A stretch of 64,000 nt of DNA, from positions 500 to 64,499 of the forward strand of contig CAZEDS010000004.1 in assembly GCA_964510925.1 (NCBI GenBank), in the 5' to 3' direction. Origin of the DNA: an uncultured Candidatus Saccharibacteria bacterium. GTDB lineage: Bacteria > Patescibacteriota > WWE3 > 2-01-FULL-39-13. The translations under genes and the position numbers were made by a program. Below the pieces are notes generated by a model, which was not told the DNA's origin, searched no databases, and saw only the letters and a list, made by a program, of their open reading frames with translations. This document shows positions 39,140-50,145 of the stretch, in pieces. Numbering within the stretch: position 1 is the first letter of the stretch; the number at the start of each line of letters is the position of its first letter.

Positions 39140-39673
39140 GTGTACTCAAATAAAATCTCAACTGCTATAATTTGCAATATCAATCCCTCAAGAAGCAAAG
39201 CATTTCAAAAGCTCAAGAAATTGATGCGAAAATGCGCATTTAATAAGCTTTTTGTCTTGGATTCTGATATAAACTGCCCAAAAAAAATACAAGTTATAGT
39301 TAGGCGCTCTAAAAGGGTTAATCGCATGAAATCTAAGAATAATTATCATAAACACAAGGAATACGCTCGAGAAATAATCGTGAAAACAGTCGATAATATT
39401 GCTCAAAAACATGGGTTTTCATACAACCGCATTGCTATTAAAAATCAAAAAACGAGACTTGGTAGCTGTTCAACAAAGAAAAACCTTAATTTTAATTGGC
39501 AGATAATCAAGTTCCCAAAGCCTATTATGGAATATGTCATAAAGCATGAGTTAGCTCACTTAAATGAGCCGAACCACAGCGATAGATATTGGTTCGAAGT
39601 ACAAAAAATTGATCGTGCATATAAAAGACACCATGCGTGGATAAAAGAAAATGCATACAAATATATAGATTAA
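39140..39673 (+). CDS. DUF45/YgjP-like (SprT-like) metal-dependent hydrolase
   Basis: GSCSTKKNLNFNWQII ... HELAHLNEPNHSDRYW (HExxH). The true start may be an internal Met. Confidence 0.55.
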   Translation: MYSNKISTAIICNINPSRSKAFQKLKKLMRKCAFNKLFVLDSDINCPKKIQVIVRRSKRVNRMKSKNNYHKHKEYAREIIVKTVDNIAQKHGFSYNRIAIKNQKTRLGSCSTKKNLNFNWQIIKFPKPIMEYVIKHELAHLNEPNHSDRYWFEVQKIDRAYKRHHAWIKENAYKYID

Positions 39674-39723
39674 GAAAATTAGCCTTGCTATATAGACCAC
39701 TAAAAAAGTAGAATATTTTAGCA

Positions 39724-41502
39724 ATGCCTAAAATTAGAGAAAGTGGAGAAGTATCCCAAACAAAAAAATCAATTTTAAAAAAGATTTCGATCTATCGGAT
39801 TATTGGTAGGCTTTTTTTGATTTCATATCTTATCGTTTTTTTTGCTGTAATATATTTTCATTTTAATTATGCTGATAAGGTTTTGCCAAATGTTTATTTG
39901 AATGGTGTTCCTGTCGGTGGAAAAACAGTATCCGAGTTATCAGCAATCGTTGATCAGCAAACATCTGCAGATATTTCAGCAACAATAAAAGTTAAAGATT
40001 ACTCCCGTCATATTTCACAAGAAGATATTACTTTTGTTTATTTGAAAAAGGCAACTATAAAGAAAGTTTTTTTAGTTGGCAGAGAAAGTAATTATATTGA
40101 ATCCTTTAAACAAAAGTTTTTGAGCCTATTTGATCGACATGATATTACATATGAATATAGCTATGATGAAGATCAATTAAAAATATTAACTACAATTGTT
40201 CGAATTGAAGCCTTAAAATCTTTTGAAGAACCTCACTTTCAATTAAGTGGTGATGAAATTGTTTTGGTAGAAGGAAAAAGTGGAGAAACATTTGATGAAG
40301 GATTGGCAAAGAATCTTATTTTAAATCGATTTACTACACTTAATTCTGGAGATGTTGATGTTGAAATAATCGCCCTAAAACCGACATTAAGATTGTTAGA
40401 TATTGAAAGACTAAAACCAGCGCTTAAGGAATATATTGATGCTAAATTCGTATTTAAATTTGAAGAAAAGGTTTGGCCATTTTTACCAAATGATATTTTG
40501 ATGATCTTTAAGCCAATAAAAAAGAATACAGGATCGGAATTTTTGATCGATGATCAAGTTATTATTGATCGACTAAACGTAATAGCAGACGAAATCAATA
40601 GAAATCCAAGAGCTCAAGTTTTAGAAGTAAAAGATGGAAGAGCAATCAAGTTTGAATCTTCATTAACTGGTCGTGCTCTAAACATTGAAAAAACACTTGA
40701 GCTTACAAAGGCCAATTTGCTAGAAAAAAAATCTGAGATTTTACTCATTGTGGATGAATCCAAAGCTCCTCAAGTAAAAAATGATTTTGAAATTGTTGAT
40801 GTTTTAGGTATCGGTAAATCAAGCTTTAGAGGTTCAGATTCAGGGAGAGTCAAAAATATTCAAAATGCAGTTGCAAAGATTGATGGAGTCATCGTTGCTC
40901 CAGGTGAAGTTTTTTCGTTTTTAAAATCTGTTGGTCCTGTAACTAGAGAAAATGGATTTGGCCCAGCAAAAGTAATAAGCGGTGGACGTACTGTTTTAGG
41001 CGATGGTGGTGGTGTTTGTCAGGTTTCTACAACGGTATTTAGATCTGCACTTAATTCAGGTTTGCCAATACTTGAGCGAAATGCACATTCATATCGTGTC
41101 GGTTACTATGAACAAGGATCGGCACCAGGTATTGATGCAACTATTTATTATCCATCGGTGGATTTCCAATTTAAAAATGATACTAATTCGTATATTTTGG
41201 TAGATGCTGATTTAGATGTAAAAAAGATGACTTTAGATTTTATTATTTATGGAAAATCTGATGGTCGAAAAGTTGAAGTTTCTACGCCTCAAATTACTAA
41301 TAAAAAAGCAGCACCAGCAACAATATATATGGATGACCCAACTTTGCCAAAGGGTACTCGTAAACAACTTGAATATTCAGTAGGTGGTGCAACCGTGGTT
41401 TTTAATAGAACTGTTACCCGTGGTGATGAGGTTTTAGCGACGGATTCTTTTAAAAGCGTATATAGAGCATGGGGCGCAATTATTGCGGTTGGTACAAAAT
41501 AA
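39724..41502 (+). CDS. VanW-family protein
   Basis: GGGVCQVSTTVFRSAL VanW core. N-terminal TM. Confidence 0.75.
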   Translation: MPKIRESGEVSQTKKSILKKISIYRIIGRLFLISYLIVFFAVIYFHFNYADKVLPNVYLNGVPVGGKTVSELSAIVDQQTSADISATIKVKDYSRHISQEDITFVYLKKATIKKVFLVGRESNYIESFKQKFLSLFDRHDITYEYSYDEDQLKILTTIVRIEALKSFEEPHFQLSGDEIVLVEGKSGETFDEGLAKNLILNRFTTLNSGDVDVEIIALKPTLRLLDIERLKPALKEYIDAKFVFKFEEKVWPFLPNDILMIFKPIKKNTGSEFLIDDQVIIDRLNVIADEINRNPRAQVLEVKDGRAIKFESSLTGRALNIEKTLELTKANLLEKKSEILLIVDESKAPQVKNDFEIVDVLGIGKSSFRGSDSGRVKNIQNAVAKIDGVIVAPGEVFSFLKSVGPVTRENGFGPAKVISGGRTVLGDGGGVCQVSTTVFRSALNSGLPILERNAHSYRVGYYEQGSAPGIDATIYYPSVDFQFKNDTNSYILVDADLDVKKMTLDFIIYGKSDGRKVEVSTPQITNKKAAPATIYMDDPTLPKGTRKQLEYSVGGATVVFNRTVTRGDEVLATDSFKSVYRAWGAIIAVGTK

Positions 41503-41505
41503 AAC

Positions 41506-41913
41506 TTATTTGAAGATTACTATTTTTACAATATTTCCTGCAATTTGATAATTTATATTTTTTGATTCTTTTTGGTAGGTGTTTTGTTTGACGAGTTTCC
41601 AATTATTTTTTTTGAAATATTCATCATAGAATTTTTTAATATCTTGTTCTTTGCTGTTTGTTTCGATGGAAAAACTTATTGTCTCGTTTGATGTATCAAA
41701 GCTTGTTATTTCTGAATTTGGCAACAATGGGATGTCTTTTATTACTGAATCAGGAATTTTTATGGTCGATTCACCTTGGACTTTTTCTTCATAGATGTTA
41801 TTTATTACGTTTTCGCTTTTTCTTTTATATTCCCAAATCGCATATATTGTTACGGCTAATGGGATGATTAATATTATTGTTATCAAAAATTTTTTTGATT
41901 TTAAGGTTTTCAT
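41506..41913 (-). CDS. hypothetical membrane-anchored protein
   Basis: N-terminal TM LITIILIIPLAVTIYAIW and no other motif. Confidence 0.4.
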   Translation of the reverse strand: MKTLKSKKFLITIILIIPLAVTIYAIWEYKRKSENVINNIYEEKVQGESTIKIPDSVIKDIPLLPNSEITSFDTSNETISFSIETNSKEQDIKKFYDEYFKKNNWKLVKQNTYQKESKNINYQIAGNIVKIVIFK

Positions 41914-42041
41914 AAAGAATTTTTATAAAAGTTTTAATTTTGGTTTTTTAAACTACTAAGTATAAAGAAATGCAATGCGCATATCTTTTACTTGTTAGTA
42001 CATTCTAGCATTTGCACACTAAAAAATGAAAAGGAGATAGT

Positions 42042-43709
42042 ATGTTTACAAATTCTTTTGTGTCAAAAGTTTGTGTTGTAATTGTTTGCGTTTTCGTTGC
42101 TTTGCCTGAGTTGGTTTTTGCACAAGCCGTGGAGCCCGCAAACAATTCACCAGCTGAGAATGTTCATGTTGCAAGTGGTTTCAATTATTTTTCTGAGGAA
42201 GTACCTCAGGAACCTGGGCAGGAAATTGAAACCACTTATGCAACTAAAATTCTTGATTTTGAGAATTTTAATAATTGGGCAGATGTCACAAATTTTTATA
42301 ATAAGTTGGGAGTCACAATTTTGGGAGCAAGAATCGTTACTCAAGGTGTTTCTTTAAATACTCCGCATTATGAGCCCAAATCCGGATTGAATGTGTTGGT
42401 TGATTTGTTGGCGCCTTGGCAAGGTATTACATTCGCTTTTAGTAATCCAGAATCCAAAGTTCATCGCTTTGGGTTTTTCTACACAGCTGGATATTCCTTG
42501 AGCGTTAAAGTTTTCGATTCAAATAACCAACTTTTGCGGCAAGATTTTTTAAATGGCCCCAATTTTTTCCCCAAAGGAACGCCAAATAAAAAATATGAAA
42601 TTTTTACACAAAGTTCTATTATGCGTGTAGAAGTTTCTACAATTCGTTTTGACGATAAGTTTAAAGGTGTGAATTCGTTTACTCTTGACGATGTGTTTTT
42701 TGATCGTGATGTATATTGCGAAAGCGAGGTGACAAAAATTTTTCAAAATGATCCACTTTGGGCAAACGATCATTATGGTGAGTTAAGTTGGAACGGTTTT
42801 AATGGCTTTGCACCTACGATTAAAAATTGGGGTTGTGCTTTGACTGCGGTAACGATGATGCTTAATCAACAGTCTTCAAAAAATGGTCAAAGAGGGACGA
42901 CTCCAGCAGAGCTTAATCAGTGGTTGCAAAATAATTCAGGGTATTCAGGTGGTTTTATCTCGTTTGTGCGTGTTAGTGAGTTTGCCAAAGAAATTCTTGG
43001 TTTGGATATTGAATTTGTTAGGGATACTATAAAGGTTGATGATCAAAGAATCAAATCTGAGTTATGTACCGCAAACACTGTTGTAATGGAGGTTCAATCA
43101 GGTCGTGGTCAACACTTTGTCCTTGGAACTGGATTTAATCATCTTGGTTATCTCATGAACGACCCTATTTCCAAAGAGGATCAATTGCTTAAATTGTATC
43201 CAAAAGGGCCAACGTCTATTCGTTATTTTGCACCAATCAAGAATAATCAATCTTTTGAGTTGATTTCTAGTGGAGATGTTAGTTTGAGAATCGTTGATCC
43301 TTCAGGAAGAGAGCTATCTGTTGGTTTTGATTCAAATTCTAGTAGGAGCGGTTATGTTGTTTCTAAAATTAGAAGCGGAAGTATTTTCGTTGAATCAATT
43401 ACAGCTGAAGGTTCAGAGGGTGCAACTATTTATGGTACGAGGGCAATGATTCAATACCTGATGACTGGCGTTTATACGATTGAATTTGTTGCAGCTAAAA
43501 ACAGTTCTTTTCAAGCTCAAGTAAATACAAGCAGTCCAAATGGAGTATCTCAATACATCTTGGATCACCAACTTGATGCCGGAAAAACATATTCAATGCA
43601 ACTTAACTTCAAACGTGCTGACAAATATTCAGGTGATCCTGGATATTCCGTATTTACAGATTTTGAGGAAAAAACCTTTAAATCCTATCTCCCATTTGTA
43701 GCAAACTAG
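42042..43709 (+). CDS. secreted protein with C39-like (papain-like) peptidase domain
   Basis: Signal peptide. NWGCALTAVTMMLN matches the C39-like Cys motif. AAGGAG RBS upstream. Confidence 0.4.
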   Translation: MFTNSFVSKVCVVIVCVFVALPELVFAQAVEPANNSPAENVHVASGFNYFSEEVPQEPGQEIETTYATKILDFENFNNWADVTNFYNKLGVTILGARIVTQGVSLNTPHYEPKSGLNVLVDLLAPWQGITFAFSNPESKVHRFGFFYTAGYSLSVKVFDSNNQLLRQDFLNGPNFFPKGTPNKKYEIFTQSSIMRVEVSTIRFDDKFKGVNSFTLDDVFFDRDVYCESEVTKIFQNDPLWANDHYGELSWNGFNGFAPTIKNWGCALTAVTMMLNQQSSKNGQRGTTPAELNQWLQNNSGYSGGFISFVRVSEFAKEILGLDIEFVRDTIKVDDQRIKSELCTANTVVMEVQSGRGQHFVLGTGFNHLGYLMNDPISKEDQLLKLYPKGPTSIRYFAPIKNNQSFELISSGDVSLRIVDPSGRELSVGFDSNSSRSGYVVSKIRSGSIFVESITAEGSEGATIYGTRAMIQYLMTGVYTIEFVAAKNSSFQAQVNTSSPNGVSQYILDHQLDAGKTYSMQLNFKRADKYSGDPGYSVFTDFEEKTFKSYLPFVAN

Positions 43710-43715
43710 AATTTT

Positions 43716-43772
43716 TGCAGGAATGCACATCATAATACTCTGTGCGTATTTAAGTGTGTTATTCCTGCAAGT
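43716..43772 (+). terminator. long-loop hairpin (TTGCAGGAAT ... ATTCCTGCAA, 10-bp perfect stem) followed by a T-rich run
   Basis: Inverted repeat read directly downstream of the secreted protein gene. Confidence 0.4.
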
Positions 43773-43798
43773 TTTAAAATAAATTTATCTATGGGAAA

Positions 43799-44932
43799 AT
43801 GGCAAGAATGAAAACTAATATAAGGCAAATAACAGCTAGGGGCAAAAACATTGAATTACCAGATTTTTATCCAGATGCTACAAGAGCAGTAATCCGTGGG
43901 CTTGAATCGCAAGATATCAAAAACGCAGGTATAAACGGCATAATTGTTAATACTTATCATTTGCTGTCGCAGCCAGGTGCCGATGTAATAGGCGAAATTG
44001 GTGGAGTGAAAAAACTAATGAATTATGATGGAACTGTAATTTCAGATTCTGGTGGTTTTCAAATGTTTTCATTGATTCATAAAAATAAATCATTAGGGAA
44101 AATTGATCGAGATACAGGTGTGACTTTTAACTTACATTCTAAAAGCGGAAAAAAGATCTACAACATCACTCCAGAAAAATGTATTCAAATTCAATTTGAC
44201 CTTGGAACAGACATCATGATTGTGCTTGATTATTTCACTCCGTTTGGAGCGAATCCAGATGAGATCGCCCGAAGCGTAACTTGGACAACTGAATGGGCTG
44301 CCAGATGCAAAGAAGAGTTTTTGAAACAGTGTCAAAAACGAGGATTAGATGATTCAACTCGTCCGCTGTTATTCGGCGTAGTTCAAGGTGCACATGATTT
44401 TAAAGAAAGAGAACGTAGTGCAACTGAATTAGAAAACATTGGTTTCGATGGATATGGGTTGGGAGGATGGACTTTTGATTCTACTGGAAAATTCGATCTA
44501 TCAATTATTGAGCATGTGGCTTCAGTAACTCCAGATTCAAAACCTAAATACGGATTAGGTGTAGGAACACCGCAAGATTTGGTTGATTGTATTGCTTTTG
44601 GATATGGGATTTTTGATTGTGTTTTGCCCACTCGAGATGCAAGACATAAACGTTTTTATAGATTTAATAAAGAGCCTTCGTTGATAACTAATATTTTTGA
44701 TGAAGAAAAAGAATCTTGGTATGAGTATTTATATATTGCACGTGAAAAATATATATCAGATACTTCACCTATAAGTGAATATTGCGATTGCTATACATGT
44801 AAAAATTATAGCTTAGCTTATTTGAACCATTTGTTTAAAATTGATGATACCTTGGCATTTAGACTAGCGACTATACATAATTTGAGATTTTATTCACAGG
44901 TAATAAATCTCGCTAGGCAGTCATTAAAATAA
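43799..44932 (+). CDS. tgt: queuine tRNA-ribosyltransferase
   Basis: DSGGFQMFSL. GLGVGTPQDLVDCIAFGYGIFDCVLPTRDARH. C-terminal Zn site CDCYTCKNYSLAYLNHL. Confidence 0.8.
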   Translation: MARMKTNIRQITARGKNIELPDFYPDATRAVIRGLESQDIKNAGINGIIVNTYHLLSQPGADVIGEIGGVKKLMNYDGTVISDSGGFQMFSLIHKNKSLGKIDRDTGVTFNLHSKSGKKIYNITPEKCIQIQFDLGTDIMIVLDYFTPFGANPDEIARSVTWTTEWAARCKEEFLKQCQKRGLDDSTRPLLFGVVQGAHDFKERERSATELENIGFDGYGLGGWTFDSTGKFDLSIIEHVASVTPDSKPKYGLGVGTPQDLVDCIAFGYGIFDCVLPTRDARHKRFYRFNKEPSLITNIFDEEKESWYEYLYIAREKYISDTSPISEYCDCYTCKNYSLAYLNHLFKIDDTLAFRLATIHNLRFYSQVINLARQSLK

Positions 44933-44938
44933 TAATTT

Positions 44939-46957
44939 ATGTTTGAAACAATAGAGTTTTTTTATATTTTGCAATTTTATTTATTGTCGATTCTTTATTC
45001 GATAATTTCATTGCCAATATCAGTTCGGATTTTTAAATTTAATGCTGATCGTGGATATCCTTTAAACCGTACTCTAAGTTTGTTGTTAATCTCATATTTA
45101 ACTTGGATATTAAGTTCTGTATTTAAGATTCCATATTCGTCATTAACTATTTGGCTTGTAATTTTGGCATTTTTTTTGGTTTCCGTTTTTACTCGCGCAT
45201 ATAAAAAAGTTTTGGATCGATACAGTTCAAGATGGAAAATAATTTTGTTCGAGGAATTTTTATTTCTGTTTGCCTTTATATTAATGCTTATTTATAGGGG
45301 TTCAAATCCAAGAATTGAAGGCATCGAGAAGTTTATGGATTATGCAATTATCAACGGACTTTTCCGTGGAGAATCTCTTCCACCAAAAGATGTTTGGTTT
45401 AGTCCTTTTGCAATTAATTATTATTACTTTGGACATTTTTGCCTGACAATCATTAATAAGCTTACACAAATTCCAAGTGGAATTTCTTATAACTTAAATG
45501 TTGCATATATATATGCTTTATCGTTTGTGAGTGTCTTTTCTATTGGTTTAAATTTAATAAATATCGAAAAGGATAAATCTAAGGTTAAGAATTTATTGGC
45601 AATATTTATATCATTTTTAGGGGCGTTGATTGTTACCTCTGTGGGCAATTTAGATTACATGTATAAAGTGTTGTTTGAAAAAGTAACAGATTATTTTTAT
45701 GCAGATGCGAGAAGCCTGATTGAATTTACAATAAACGAATTCCCGGCATATAGTTTTTTGATTAGCGATTTGCACGCTCATATTCTAGATATTCCTTTCG
45801 TATTATTGTTTGTTGCATTAGTAATGAGCTATTCATTTGATGCAAAAGTTAAAAGTTCGAAATTATTTTTCTTGGTAACTTCTTTGAGTTTAGGTGCGTT
45901 AGCGGCCGTGAATAGTTGGGATTTTTTTGTATATTTACCATTTTTTGCTTTAGCCGTTTTGATAAATAATTTCAAGAAAATATCTAACGCCGAGAATTTT
46001 ATAAAAAAAGTATTTGTTCCAATCTTATCTGTTTTGCTAATTTCATTAGTTTTCTTTTTGCCTTTTTATTTGAACTTCCAACCGGCATCTGGTGGTGTAG
46101 GTTTTGTTAGCAGTCATTTCGGACTTGCGCCAGTTATCCGAATGTTCGGATTTTTTATTGCCATAACTTTTTTATATGTTGTAAATATTTCATATCGCAA
46201 TGTTTTTAATAAAAGCGATTCGTTTGTATTAGTACTTTTATTTTTTGGGCTTTTGTTGATCTTTGTCCCAAACATAGTTTTCTTAAAAGATATTTATTTT
46301 AAATTAAATCCACCATATTATTTGGCAAATACAATTTTTAAATTGTGGTATCAAGCTTGGATCGTTTTGGGCGTGTCTTCCGGCTATATACTTTTTAAAG
46401 GGCTTAGTTCATTGCCGAAAAAGCCATGGTTAATTCCGAATTTAGTAATAGTCACTTTTTTATTTTTTTACGTAATTAAATACACAATTGTTTCAGTACG
46501 ATATGTAGTAGGTCCAACTTATGAATATAAATCAATTGATGGAACTAAATATTTAGAATTTGGCTATTTAAGTGAACGGAGTTTAATTGATTGGTTATCA
46601 AAAAATATTGTAGGTCAGCCAGTAATTTTAGAAGCCGTTGGAAAACCATATACGATGGATTCCTTAATTTCATCTTATACCGGTTTACCTACAGTCGTAG
46701 GATGGAATGAACATGAGTTAGGTTGGCGAGATGACTGGCCATTAATATCAACAAGAATGGGCGAGGTCGAAAAAATTTATCAGTCTAATTCTATTGATGA
46801 AATCAAAGATCTTTTAAACAAATATGAAATTCAATATATTGTAATCTCCAAAAAAGAACGAGAGAAATATGGCGAAAACGCAGGGCAAACTTTGATGAAT
46901 TTTACGGAGAATGTTTTTATAGATGGAGACGTGCTTTTGCAAAGATATGAAAGATAA
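44939..46957 (+). CDS. large polytopic membrane protein with C-terminal soluble domain (possible GT-C/DUF2298-like)
   Basis: At least 12 TM segments followed by a ~170-aa soluble C-terminus. No catalytic motif recognised. Confidence 0.4.
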   Translation: MFETIEFFYILQFYLLSILYSIISLPISVRIFKFNADRGYPLNRTLSLLLISYLTWILSSVFKIPYSSLTIWLVILAFFLVSVFTRAYKKVLDRYSSRWKIILFEEFLFLFAFILMLIYRGSNPRIEGIEKFMDYAIINGLFRGESLPPKDVWFSPFAINYYYFGHFCLTIINKLTQIPSGISYNLNVAYIYALSFVSVFSIGLNLINIEKDKSKVKNLLAIFISFLGALIVTSVGNLDYMYKVLFEKVTDYFYADARSLIEFTINEFPAYSFLISDLHAHILDIPFVLLFVALVMSYSFDAKVKSSKLFFLVTSLSLGALAAVNSWDFFVYLPFFALAVLINNFKKISNAENFIKKVFVPILSVLLISLVFFLPFYLNFQPASGGVGFVSSHFGLAPVIRMFGFFIAITFLYVVNISYRNVFNKSDSFVLVLLFFGLLLIFVPNIVFLKDIYFKLNPPYYLANTIFKLWYQAWIVLGVSSGYILFKGLSSLPKKPWLIPNLVIVTFLFFYVIKYTIVSVRYVVGPTYEYKSIDGTKYLEFGYLSERSLIDWLSKNIVGQPVILEAVGKPYTMDSLISSYTGLPTVVGWNEHELGWRDDWPLISTRMGEVEKIYQSNSIDEIKDLLNKYEIQYIVISKKEREKYGENAGQTLMNFTENVFIDGDVLLQRYER

Positions 46958-47014
46958 TAAAAATCTTAAACTTTATAAGACAAAAATTTAAAGTAGGTGT
47001 ACGCTAATTAGTAT

Positions 47015-47737
47015 ATGAACATAACAATAAATCTATCCCGATACCAATTTGTAGTATTGACTGTACTGTTTGGTATATTAATTGGGTTATTTACTTCAAG
47101 GCTTGTATACAGTGCAGGCGATACGATTAATGGTTGTATTAAAGTTAATGGTACATTGCGAATATTAACCGGAATTGACACGTGTACTTCTAATGAAACA
47201 CCTATTAGTTGGAGTTCGGGTGGTGGCTCTACTGGAGTTGGGCCAGGAGATTTTTTAAGTACAGATCTTAGTAATAAAGGCCCATTAGCTTGGGGTTGGG
47301 CAACTTATCGTAATTTTAGAAATTTTAATTTTTCGAACACAAATTTGGGTGGACCTGATTTTGGTTATTCTGATTTAAGTGGAGCAAATTTTTCTGGGGC
47401 TTCGATAAATGGTGGAGGACTATCACACGTTATTGCACATGGAGCAAATTTTTCAGGAGCTTCCCTTAATGGCTCATATATTGGATTTGGTGATTTTGCT
47501 GGATCTGATTTTTCTAACGCAAATCTTTCAGATTTAAATGCAGGCACAAGTGGAACTAATTATGTTCCAATGAATGGTGTAATTAATATGGCCAACGCTA
47601 ATTTTACAAATGCAACTCTTCTTAATTCACATGTTTTAACGGTTGCTGATTTTACAGGTGCAATTTGGTCAAATACGATTTGCCCAGATGGAACAAATAG
47701 CGATAGTAATGGCAACACTTGTGTTGGACATCTTTAA
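47015..47737 (+). CDS. pentapeptide-repeat protein with N-terminal TM
   Basis: Repeats ANFSGASINGG / ANFSGASLNGS / SDFSNANLSDL. Confidence 0.65.
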   Translation: MNITINLSRYQFVVLTVLFGILIGLFTSRLVYSAGDTINGCIKVNGTLRILTGIDTCTSNETPISWSSGGGSTGVGPGDFLSTDLSNKGPLAWGWATYRNFRNFNFSNTNLGGPDFGYSDLSGANFSGASINGGGLSHVIAHGANFSGASLNGSYIGFGDFAGSDFSNANLSDLNAGTSGTNYVPMNGVINMANANFTNATLLNSHVLTVADFTGAIWSNTICPDGTNSDSNGNTCVGHL

Positions 47738-47842
47738 AAATTCCGGATTAGTGTTTAATAATTAGATTGAAACTTTTATACGAAAGAGTTAATTCTTGTG
47801 TTTGCCCATAGTTTTTATTCCACACAATAACATTAAAATTAT

Positions 47843-48487
47843 ATGAACAAAAAAAATCTAAAAGTTCTTATAATCGTAGTTTGGATTTTGTTGTTGATTT
47901 TTGTTGTATGGAAATTTATTAGTTTGCAGATTCCGATTTCTGATTATCCTCGTGTTCTTGCAAATTTTATAAATCAATTTGGTTGGTGGGCGCCGTTATT
48001 CTTTATTTTATTATTTGTGATAAGGCCATTTATATTTTTTCCTGCGACTATTTTAAGTGTTTCTGTTGGATTGCTTTTTGGAGCAACTAAGGCGATATTG
48101 ATTTTAGTTGTTGCTGAAAATTTGAGTGCATATGTTTCATACAATATTGGGAAATATTTTGGGAAAGACATACTCTCAAAATTCGGTAGTAATAAATCGT
48201 TTGTAAAATCTTTTGAGAAATATTTTCAGCAAAATGATTTTATTGCAATTTTATGCTTACGTTTAGTTTTTGCACCATTTGATTTTGTCGGTTATGTTGC
48301 AGGTGCAAGTTCCATTAAATATAAATCATTTGCTCTTGCGACTTTTATTGGAATTATTCCAGGATTATTATTGTCTGCGTTTTTAGGTGGTTCATTTGCA
48401 AACCCATATTATTTTTTTGTTGTAATTTTTTTATTTTTAAGCACTTTGCTTTTATCTAAATTTATTAAAAAGAAATACACAATATGA
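47843..48487 (+). CDS. DedA / TVP38-TMEM64 family membrane protein
   Basis: VVAENLSAYVSYNIGKYFGKD DedA motif. Four TM. Confidence 0.7.
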   Translation: MNKKNLKVLIIVVWILLLIFVVWKFISLQIPISDYPRVLANFINQFGWWAPLFFILLFVIRPFIFFPATILSVSVGLLFGATKAILILVVAENLSAYVSYNIGKYFGKDILSKFGSNKSFVKSFEKYFQQNDFIAILCLRLVFAPFDFVGYVAGASSIKYKSFALATFIGIIPGLLLSAFLGGSFANPYYFFVVIFLFLSTLLLSKFIKKKYTI

Positions 48488-49863
48488 ATACAGAAAAAAC
48501 TTTTGATTATTTAGTAATTGGTGCAGGATCGGGTGGTCTTTTGGCATATGTTGGATTAAAAAATTTAGGAAAAAATGTAGCAATAGTTTCAAAAAATATT
48601 GGTGGTGATTGTACTCAGTATGGATGTGTTCCATCAAAAACTTTTTTGCATTTGGCCAAAGAATATCGATTAACCATTGATCCAGTTAAAAAAGCTAAGA
48701 TAAAAGATGAATCTTTAAATTCAATTAGAAAAATGGTTCAAGAATTTACACACGAAGAAAATAAACTTGTATTAGGTGAATCATATTTTGATGGCACTGC
48801 GGAATTTATTAATGGAAAAAGCGTAAAGGTTATATACCCAGACAAATCAATCGCAATTATTGGTTTTAGAAAAAAATGTATTATCGCAACAGGTAGTAGT
48901 CCCACAAGAGCTACAATTTCTGGTGTTCCGGTAGAAAAAATTATTACAAATGAAGATTTTTTTGAGTTATCAGTGTTGCCAAAATCAATCACAATAATCG
49001 GGGGAGGACCTATTGGTGCAGAATTTGCGACAGCATGTGCAAGTTTTGGCGTTGAAACATATATGCTTTCGCCTGATTATTTATCTCGTGAACCTAAAGA
49101 AATTTCTGCAAGAAGCTTACAATCATTAAAAAAATTAGGAGTTCAATATTTTCCTTTAAAAGCTGACCATTTAGAAAACAATAGATTGTATCTTGAGGAT
49201 GGAACGAATATTCCAGAAACAGATTATTATTTGATTGCAATTGGTAGAAAGCCAAATGTTCAAGTAGGACTTGAACATGCAAATATAAAATATTCACAAA
49301 AAGGAATAGTCGTCGATAGAAATTTATACACAGCCAATAAAAATATTTTTGCGATTGGTGATTGTACTCAAAACCCACAATTTACACATCTTGCAGCAAA
49401 CCAAGGAAAATTTGTTTTGAAAAAAATATTAATTCCATTTGCTAAAAATTCTGAAAGGTCTTTGCCAAGGGTTACCTTTACGTCGCCAACTATAGCGAGT
49501 GCCGGTCAGCTTGAAGAAAATAATTTCTCTAAAAAATTTGTACTTGATTTCGCAAATTTAGACCGAGCAAAAACTAATTATGATAAAGAAAGTTACGGTG
49601 AAGTTTTTGTAGATATTCGTTATGGATATATTCTTGGGGCATCATTATTTGGTGATTTTGCGGAAGATTTAATAAATGTTTTTACATTAATGATTGATGA
49701 AAAAATTCCATTACTAAAACTCGCAAATTTCATGACTCCATATCCAACATATGGAAATATATTTCATTCTTTAGTCATTGAATATTTTTCATTTATTTCA
49801 AAGGATTGGAAGAAACATCCGATTAGAACTATTTATCAGCTTTGGGGATATGTGCGGTCGTAG
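48484..49863 (+). CDS. class I pyridine nucleotide-disulfide oxidoreductase (FAD-dependent)
   Basis: FDYLVIGAGSGG. Redox-active GGDCTQYGCVPSK. A second Rossmann motif IIGGGPIGAEFA. Confidence 0.8.
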   Translation: MNTEKTFDYLVIGAGSGGLLAYVGLKNLGKNVAIVSKNIGGDCTQYGCVPSKTFLHLAKEYRLTIDPVKKAKIKDESLNSIRKMVQEFTHEENKLVLGESYFDGTAEFINGKSVKVIYPDKSIAIIGFRKKCIIATGSSPTRATISGVPVEKIITNEDFFELSVLPKSITIIGGGPIGAEFATACASFGVETYMLSPDYLSREPKEISARSLQSLKKLGVQYFPLKADHLENNRLYLEDGTNIPETDYYLIAIGRKPNVQVGLEHANIKYSQKGIVVDRNLYTANKNIFAIGDCTQNPQFTHLAANQGKFVLKKILIPFAKNSERSLPRVTFTSPTIASAGQLEENNFSKKFVLDFANLDRAKTNYDKESYGEVFVDIRYGYILGASLFGDFAEDLINVFTLMIDEKIPLLKLANFMTPYPTYGNIFHSLVIEYFSFISKDWKKHPIRTIYQLWGYVRS

Positions 49864-49864
49864 G

Positions 49865-49888
49865 GGTGACCCTATGGGGAATGAAATC
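49865..49888 (-). repeat. partial duplicate (19/23 nt) of the tRNA-Glu 3' end (acceptor/T-stem 3' strands plus ACC)
   Basis: ggtgaccctatggggaatgaaatc at this site versus ggtgaccctacggggaatcgaacc at the tRNA. A third 13-nt copy, accctacggggaa, is at 50017..50029. Confidence 0.45.
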
Positions 49889-50145
49889 TCGCTTTGCTCG
49901 ATTTCCAATTTGTCTAAAGTTCGCTTTGCTCACTTTGGCAAATTGCAGAACTTGCTTTGCAATGGTTTGATTCCAGTCATAACGTCAAGAGAAATTGATT
50001 GCTGCTTAATTTAGTACCCTACGGGGAAGCGCTCACTGCGTTCGCTAGGCTTCGCCCAGAACTTTGTGCGGTAGCACAAATGGTTCGTTGCCTTATAAGT
50101 TCACAAGCAAAATAATACCCACCTATTGGTGAGTCTCATTTTGCT

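Noticed and set aside
49778-50014. 78-aa ORF across the tRNA-fragment repeat region
   Set aside because: It overlaps the oxidoreductase 3' end and the repeat/scar region. Composition is noncoding-like.
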